From: Candidatus Tayloriibacteriota bacterium | GTDB taxonomy: Bacteria; Patescibacteriota; Minisyncoccia; Phycocordibacterales; PALSA-1337 | Assembly: GCA_943350765.1 (NCBI GenBank) | Contig: CALRAJ010000004.1 | Location: 19,309 to 83,308, forward strand | DNA length: 64,000 bases | Direction of reading: 5' to 3' | Shown here: positions 58,523 to 64,000 of the stretch, in pieces | Layout of the letters: each line of letters opens with the position of its first letter | Numbering within the stretch: the stretch's first letter is position 1 | The notes under the pieces: model-generated | Database searches by the model: none | What the model was told of the DNA's origin: nothing | The model's input: only the letters and a program-made list of their open reading frames with translations | Made by a program: the position numbers and the translations under genes

Positions 58523-59770
58523 ATGAAAAATACTTTTACAAAAAGATTATTAGCATCAACACTACTTACAGCCATCGTGATGCTTTTTGTTGGTACACTT
58601 GTAGCTATTCCAGTCAATATATCTGCCCAAGCAGGCACCCAAACTACCGTAAAGGAAACTCCTTGTGTTTCCACCAAAGATGCATACTGTCTTCTCGAGC
58701 CACTCTCAATAGGTGGAAAAGTTGAGACAAAAGTAGCCATAGCCGACTACCTGAAACAACTATTCAAAATAGGTATCGGTCTTGCTGGGCTTTTTGCAGT
58801 ATTTATGATTGTGTTAGGTGGACTTGAGTATATGAGTACTGATGCGGTTACCAAAAAGGAATCTGGCAAAGAAAAGATACAAAATGCTCTCATCGGTCTC
58901 GCTCTCGCCCTCGGCTCATACCTCATACTAAACACCATAAATCCCCAGCTACTTGAGTTTAGTGGGGGACTAGAGCCAGTGGGTACTTTAGCGACAAGAG
59001 AGAGGTATGATGACGGTCTTCAAGCTCGTCTCAATAATATTGAAAATGGCAGACAGCGCGAAAGGGCACTGAGAGCCGATGGTCAAGCAGAAGCAGCAGA
59101 TGACCTCCATCGAGAAGTTCAGGTTGTGGATATTATTGATAGAACGATACTCAACCTACAAAAAAAAGAGGGGGACAAAGCAAACACAAATTATATCCAG
59201 TCTGCAAAAGCTAGTATCGGTCAGCAATACGACAAAGCTATAGTAAAAATACAAACAGCTATTGAAAAAGACAGGTCTGACCGAGCCACAAAAAAAGCAG
59301 GTATAACGACCCAGATAAAAGACCTCGAGTCTTCGGGAGTGCTTACAGCAGACCAAACTCAAAAATTAGCAGACCTTAAAAATGAATTACTGGGATTGGA
59401 AAACTATGTAAACGAAAGCGCTCGATTGACTGAAAAAGTAAGTACTTTGCGAAAGCAAAAAACAAATTCATTGGATGTAATGGAAAAATATTTTATTCAT
59501 GAAGTAGAAACTATTAAATTTACAAGCAGTACCCAAACCATATTTCGTGCATTAAGAACCTACTCAGACACCACCGCAGCCAAAGTTGCAAAAGACCTTG
59601 TGGTTAAAATTTCTAGTGAATCAGAGCAACTAATAAAAACATCTAAGAATGACCAGCCAGAATTAGCTATAAAAATAAAAAATGATAGTGATCAGAGAAT
59701 ACAAAGAATAACAAGTTGGCTCGCACAAGAATTCAAAAAAAACCTTAACGGCACCGAAACAACAAACTAA
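58523..59770 (+). CDS. TrbC/VirB2-type pilin domain fused to a long coiled-coil domain
   Basis: AVFMIVLGGLEYMST..GKEKIQNALIGL..SYLILNTINPQL. Confidence 0.75.
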   Translation: MKNTFTKRLLASTLLTAIVMLFVGTLVAIPVNISAQAGTQTTVKETPCVSTKDAYCLLEPLSIGGKVETKVAIADYLKQLFKIGIGLAGLFAVFMIVLGGLEYMSTDAVTKKESGKEKIQNALIGLALALGSYLILNTINPQLLEFSGGLEPVGTLATRERYDDGLQARLNNIENGRQRERALRADGQAEAADDLHREVQVVDIIDRTILNLQKKEGDKANTNYIQSAKASIGQQYDKAIVKIQTAIEKDRSDRATKKAGITTQIKDLESSGVLTADQTQKLADLKNELLGLENYVNESARLTEKVSTLRKQKTNSLDVMEKYFIHEVETIKFTSSTQTIFRALRTYSDTTAAKVAKDLVVKISSESEQLIKTSKNDQPELAIKIKNDSDQRIQRITSWLAQEFKKNLNGTETTN

Positions 59771-59772
59771 CC

Positions 59773-61062
59773 ATGTCCAAAAAAACCCTCATTACTCTCA
59801 TACTCCTCCTTCTTCTCATCACTGCAGGGATTTTTGGCTACTTTTTTTATTCGATCAGGCCCACGCCCCTCGTGATAGACACCAACAAAGACAAAAACAC
59901 CCATTTTCCTTTTGGTAGCGGTAACACTTACCCCACAAATACTGGCAGAGATACTGCCACCAGTACAGGTGCTACAAGTACTTCTACCAGCACACGGAAC
60001 ACCTACACTCGCACACCCGCCCTACCAGTACTCCGCCACCTTTCTACAGTACCTACCGCAGGGGCAGGGGCTTATGACAGCTCTCGGGGCACTCAGATAC
60101 GCTACATCGAGCGAGGCACTGGCTACATCTACCAAGCCAGTAACCTAAACCTTGACCAGATCAAGCTTTCAAATACCCCGATTATAAAAATCTACGAAGC
60201 GCTCTGGACAAGTAAAAATAATGCCTTAATTATTCGCCGTCTCAAGGGGGATACTGACACCATCGACAGCTTCTACAGCACCCTCAACACAACCCCAACC
60301 ATAAAAAACGCCTCGAGTACGACCTCTTTATCTGACTCACTCATTTCCAGCGTATCTTCAGACTACCTAGGTGCAAACATTAGCAGTGCAGTGTTGTCGC
60401 CAAAAAAGGACTCTCTTTTTTACCTAATTCCTGATGGTAGTGGGGGGGTATCTGGTATTATTGCCAAAGTAGATGGAACTAAAAAAGTACTCGTCTTTAG
60501 CTCACCCCTCAAGGGTTGGGTCACACAATGGCCTGCAGATAACACCATCGCGCTCACTAGCAAATCTTCCTCAAAGAGTGCTGGCTTCTTATACTTTGTA
60601 TCTAGTCTGACGGGTTCTTCGACCAAAGTACTCGGAGGAATAAACGGCTTTACAACCCTGACTAGTACGGATACAAATACCGTCCTTTATTCAAAAACCA
60701 ACAACGACAGCTTCACGCTCAACTCATTTAATGTAAAAAATGGCAACAAAGAACAAATAAGCCTCACCACCTTGCCTGAAAAGTGTGTTTGGAGCGCAAA
60801 AGAAAAGAATAGTGCTTATTGTGCGGTGCCAAAAAGTATTCCAAGTGGTAGCTACCCAGAAAGCTGGTATCAAGGGAAAGTATTTTTCAACGACGAAATC
60901 TGGAAAATCGACACTTTTATAGGAACACTCGAGCATATTGCTGACCTTAATAGTCTGTCTGGGCAAGAGATTGACGCGACAAACCTAAGTCTAAATGGTA
61001 AAGAAGACCTGCTACTTTTTACAAACAAACAAGACCTCACCTTATGGAGCTTGGATATATAA
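59773..61062 (+). CDS. Membrane-anchored beta-propeller-like protein
   Basis: N-terminal TM, Thr-rich linker, YIERGTGYIY, TLPEKCVW..YCAVP. Confidence 0.7.
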   Translation: MSKKTLITLILLLLLITAGIFGYFFYSIRPTPLVIDTNKDKNTHFPFGSGNTYPTNTGRDTATSTGATSTSTSTRNTYTRTPALPVLRHLSTVPTAGAGAYDSSRGTQIRYIERGTGYIYQASNLNLDQIKLSNTPIIKIYEALWTSKNNALIIRRLKGDTDTIDSFYSTLNTTPTIKNASSTTSLSDSLISSVSSDYLGANISSAVLSPKKDSLFYLIPDGSGGVSGIIAKVDGTKKVLVFSSPLKGWVTQWPADNTIALTSKSSSKSAGFLYFVSSLTGSSTKVLGGINGFTTLTSTDTNTVLYSKTNNDSFTLNSFNVKNGNKEQISLTTLPEKCVWSAKEKNSAYCAVPKSIPSGSYPESWYQGKVFFNDEIWKIDTFIGTLEHIADLNSLSGQEIDATNLSLNGKEDLLLFTNKQDLTLWSLDI

Positions 61063-61069
61063 GATAGTG

Positions 61070-61394
61070 ACCCCGAATTACGAAATACCGTCGCAGGCGT
61101 ATCTTTTCGAGGGGGCTCGCAGGTCGACGAGCGAAGGCGAGGAAGATACTGCATCTACCAAGATACATGTGCATGGGTAGCCCTCTGCCTTCGCTAAAGC
61201 TACGGCATGGCGAGGGAGATTTCAGAGATTTTTCAGTAGAAAAATACTCGTACCCCATCTACAGGTGGTCTATTGGTTAGGAATAGACATCTGTGGACGA
61301 TCTATCCCTAACCGATAGACCTCGAAAAGATACGCCAAGAAAGGGTCGATCGTTTGTGATCGACACCTGTAGACGGTATTTTGTAATTCTGGGT
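61070..61394 (+). repeat. Structured repeat family B, copy 5, expanded by four nested insertions
   Basis: Family B stems retained (ttttcgagg/cctcgaaaa) but 325 nt long. Confidence 0.82.
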
Positions 61395-61402
61395 AGTGAA
61401 AA

Positions 61403-62140
61403 CTAGGCTTTCTCAGCAATATGAAACTTGCGACGCACCACTATCTCCTGACCGATAGCGAAAATGTTACTGACAGTCCAATACAGGGCTACTGCTGACA
61501 AGATATTGTAAGAGATAAAGAACACCATGACAGGGAAAACATATTTCATTTGCACTTGCATACTACGAGCCAAATCATCTTTGAAGCTAGGCTGTGTACC
61601 TGTATTAGCTGGCGCAGTAATCGCTGGTATCGCAAACTTGATCTGAAAATACTGCGATATAGCAGCGACTAAAGCGAGCCATGTGCTCTTTTGCCCTATA
61701 TCTACAATACCGAAAAATTGCATGTTCACTGCAAGTGGGGTATGGATAAACGAGTAGAGTAGGTCTGTGTTGATTGTGGGTAAGCCAGATTTTAAAAAGA
61801 TAGAGTATAGACCAATAATGATAGGGAACTGGATTAATATCAGCACAATACCTCCAAATGGGTTTATTTTCTTCTCCCGATACAAATCCATGGTTTTTTG
61901 ACCTTGTGCTTGCTTGTCATCTTTATACTTTACACGAATAGAAGCTAGTTCTGGCTCCAACGCTTTCATTTTGACCTGAGTAACAATAGCCTTTTTTGCT
62001 AGTGGAAAAAGTACCAGCTTTACAACTATCGTCAGAATGATAACCGCCAATCCAACATCCGCCCAAGGTAAAACTCCAATAAGAAAAATAAGTCCGTTGT
62101 ATAACGGCTGGTAAACAATCTCATGGTACAAAGTCATCAT
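61403..62140 (-). CDS. yidC: Membrane protein insertase YidC/Oxa1
   Basis: GLAVIILTIVVKLVLFPL, KINPFGG..LIQFP, LYWTVSN. Confidence 0.95.
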   Translation of the reverse strand: MMTLYHEIVYQPLYNGLIFLIGVLPWADVGLAVIILTIVVKLVLFPLAKKAIVTQVKMKALEPELASIRVKYKDDKQAQGQKTMDLYREKKINPFGGIVLILIQFPIIIGLYSIFLKSGLPTINTDLLYSFIHTPLAVNMQFFGIVDIGQKSTWLALVAAISQYFQIKFAIPAITAPANTGTQPSFKDDLARSMQVQMKYVFPVMVFFISYNILSAVALYWTVSNIFAIGQEIVVRRKFHIAEKA

Positions 62141-62198
62141 ATATATGTATACTATCCTACTTGACGATGATTATCAATAAATCCTTTTTAATTTATTT

Positions 62199-62339
62199 AC
62201 CTGAATTACGAAATGCGTTGAAGGCGTATCTTTTAAATGGACTTCGCAAGGCGGGTAGCCGAGACTTGAGAGATTTTCTAGTAAGAAAATACTCGTGCCA
62301 TTTAAAAGATATGCCGAGAAAGTATTTCGTAATTTGGGT
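62199..62339 (+). repeat. Structured repeat family B, copy 6
   Basis: Closest to copy 1; lies between rnpA and yidC. Confidence 0.88.
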
Positions 62340-62345
62340 TGCTAC

Positions 62346-62687
62346 CTACAAAATAAGCCCAGACTGCTTGAGTAGGGCAGTGATTTCTTTTTTTATTTGA
62401 TCAAACGATAGCCCAAGTGAGCCAGTTTTAAAAAGAAATACAGCTGAGACACCCTTTTTTATCTCAGGTATAAAACCTTCTACCGAGGAGATTGCTCTTC
62501 TACGAAGAAGATTCCTATCTACTGAAAGTATTGCCACCTTTTTAGGTACAGTTACAGAAAAAGTACTAGGTGTGATATCGTCCTTTTTTATTCCTCTTAG
62601 AACTATATGTGGTGAATGAAAAGAAAGACCTTTTTTCAGGACCTCTGCAAAAACAGCCTTATGTACCCTCAATTTACGAGGAAGCAT
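62346..62687 (-). CDS. rnpA: Ribonuclease P protein component
   Basis: VPKKVAILSVDRNLLRRR motif; synteny with rpmH and yidC. Confidence 0.9.
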   Translation of the reverse strand: MLPRKLRVHKAVFAEVLKKGLSFHSPHIVLRGIKKDDITPSTFSVTVPKKVAILSVDRNLLRRRAISSVEGFIPEIKKGVSAVFLFKTGSLGLSFDQIKKEITALLKQSGLIL

Positions 62688-62701
62688 GTATTTTGGGTTG
62701 A

Positions 62702-62836
62702 CTAAACAACGAGACGAGTGCGTCCTTTGGCTCGACGACGCTTTATCACATTTCTACCAGCAGTAGTACGACGACGCTTTATAAAGCCGTGTGATCTTGC
62801 TCTCTTTCGCTTTTTTGGTTTGTATGTAAACGACAT
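62702..62836 (-). CDS. rpmH: 50S ribosomal protein L34
   Basis: Manual translation [44 protein letters not shown]. Confidence 0.95.
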   Translation of the reverse strand: MSFTYKPKKRKRARSHGFIKRRRTTAGRNVIKRRRAKGRTRLVV

Positions 62837-62936
62837 AAAAAACATCATACTCTGTATTAGCTAAAAAATCAAGTCGCTTCTCTACCTACATCTAAAATCA
62901 GCCCTAAAATCCCATAATGGTGGTTATTTCTTAATT

Positions 62937-62987
62937 TACCCCAAATTACGAGATACTGTCGTAGGCGTATCTTTTAAAAGGACTTTC
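62937..62987 (+). repeat. Structured repeat family B, copy 7 (5' arm only)
   Basis: taccccaaattacgagatactgtcgtaggcgtatcttttaaaaggactt, then truncated. Confidence 0.8.
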
Positions 62988-63019
62988 ACATCGGTAGGGT
63001 GGTGTGCCCACTGCATACT

Positions 63020-63146
63020 TCATTTTGTTATTTAGGTTAAATTTCTTATCCCCACCTTATACACATCATATGCACATAAATGTGTGTTTTCCACAAGTTC
63101 AGTATTATTATAAAAGGTATATACTAAGTGAGTAAAAATTTAATCT
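63020..63146. promoter_or_regulatory. Candidate oriC / dnaA promoter region with DnaA boxes
   Basis: TTATCCCCA (63046), TTATACACA (63057), ATATGCACA (63068), TTTTCCACA (63087); AT-rich flanks; rpmH-dnaA position. Confidence 0.65.
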
Positions 63147-64000
63147 ATGCCACATACACTCGTCGATAATTCTAAGCTTTGGGAAAATGTACTAGTGGAG
63201 ATTGAGCTTGCGGTATCAAAAGCCAACTTTAGTACATGGTTTAAAGGGACATACATCTCCAAACAAGAAGATGGTGTTGTTTTTGTGAGTGTACCAAATG
63301 CTTTTGTAAAAGATTGGCTAAATAATAAATACCACAATACTATACTAAAAATCCTTAGAAACTTTAGCGAGCAAGTTCGAGCGCTCGAGTATATTGTTAC
63401 CAAAGATGATGGTAAAAAAAGGGAAGTCCTCGATAGCCACAAACCTTCTATTACTCAATCAAACACAGAGCTACCTCTGCACGACTTTTATATCAATAAA
63501 GATGATAACCTGAACCCAAAATACACCTTTGATAATTTTGTGGTTGGACCATTTAACGAGCTTGCCCACGCTGCGGCTCAGGCAGTGATTAGAAAACCGG
63601 GGGTTACCTACAATCCTTTTTTTGTATATGGCAATACAGGGCTTGGAAAAACCCATCTTACTCAGGCAATAGGTAACCATATAAAAAATACTCATCCTGG
63701 AAAAAAAGTATACTATATGACTTCTGAGAAATTTACTATCGAATACATGAATGCCGTGTCTATTAATAGCCAAAAGGTTAATCAATTTAAAGAAAGATAC
63801 CGAAAATATGATGTTTTAATTGTAGATGATATTCAATTTTTTGCAGGAAAAGACAAATCTCAAGAGGAGCTATTTCACCTTTTTAATAGCCTGTACGAAA
63901 ACAACAAACAGATCATCTTTTCTTCTGATAAACACCCAAATTTCATTCCAAACCTAGAAGAACGCCTAAAGTCTCGTTTTGGGGCGGGTATGATTGTTGA
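63147..64000 (+). CDS. dnaA: Chromosomal replication initiator DnaA (3' truncated by window)
   Basis: Manual translation: ..ANFSTWF..VPNAFVKDWL..LNPKYTFDNFVVG..YGNTGLGKTHL..VDDIQF. Confidence 0.97.
   Translation, partial: MPHTLVDNSKLWENVLVEIELAVSKANFSTWFKGTYISKQEDGVVFVSVPNAFVKDWLNNKYHNTILKILRNFSEQVRALEYIVTKDDGKKREVLDSHKPSITQSNTELPLHDFYINKDDNLNPKYTFDNFVVGPFNELAHAAAQAVIRKPGVTYNPFFVYGNTGLGKTHLTQAIGNHIKNTHPGKKVYYMTSEKFTIEYMNAVSINSQKVNQFKERYRKYDVLIVDDIQFFAGKDKSQEELFHLFNSLYENNKQIIFSSDKHPNFIPNLEERLKSRFGAGMIV

Noticed and set aside
63140-63785. Minus-strand ORFs of 100 and 104 aa
   Set aside because: Antisense shadows of dnaA.
1-64000. Alternative genetic code (UGA read as Gly)
   Set aside because: Conserved genes are full length under code 11, and TGA ends ORFs normally (e.g. 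48378, 50056).

Overview
This 64-kb window looks like the origin-proximal chromosome of a Patescibacteria/CPR (Parcubacteria-like) bacterium; the taxonomy is inferred from gene content and style. It ends in yidC-rnpA-rpmH-[DnaA boxes]-dnaA and carries housekeeping genes (rpmB, recJ, pgk, tpiA, nusA, ppa, rsmE, clpP, rny, hup, cca, xth, a Xer recombinase, rpsO, pcrA, rsmA). It also has DNA-uptake genes (split comEC, comM, a type IV pilus operon), a chromosomal T4SS-like cluster (PrgI, VirB4, VirB6-like, pilin) and four CCA-less tRNAs. The most unusual signals are non-coding. (1) Three tRNA genes carry ~190-230 nt 3' trailers with an antisense copy of their own T-arm/acceptor end plus a distal sense copy. 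(2) A ~140-nt rod-like repeat occurs in 7 co-oriented copies with compensatory changes and G-U pairs, and one copy holds nested micro-insertions. (3) Several further REP-like families share an A[G/C][C/T]A loop. (4) A parS and DnaA-box cluster lies ~30 kb from dnaA, partly inside ORFs. Other candidates are an unannotated 19-aa four-cysteine micropeptide, a DGR-target-like ORF, and an NYN nuclease gene with a convergent antisense promoter. All calls were made by eye, with no searches or folding computations run.
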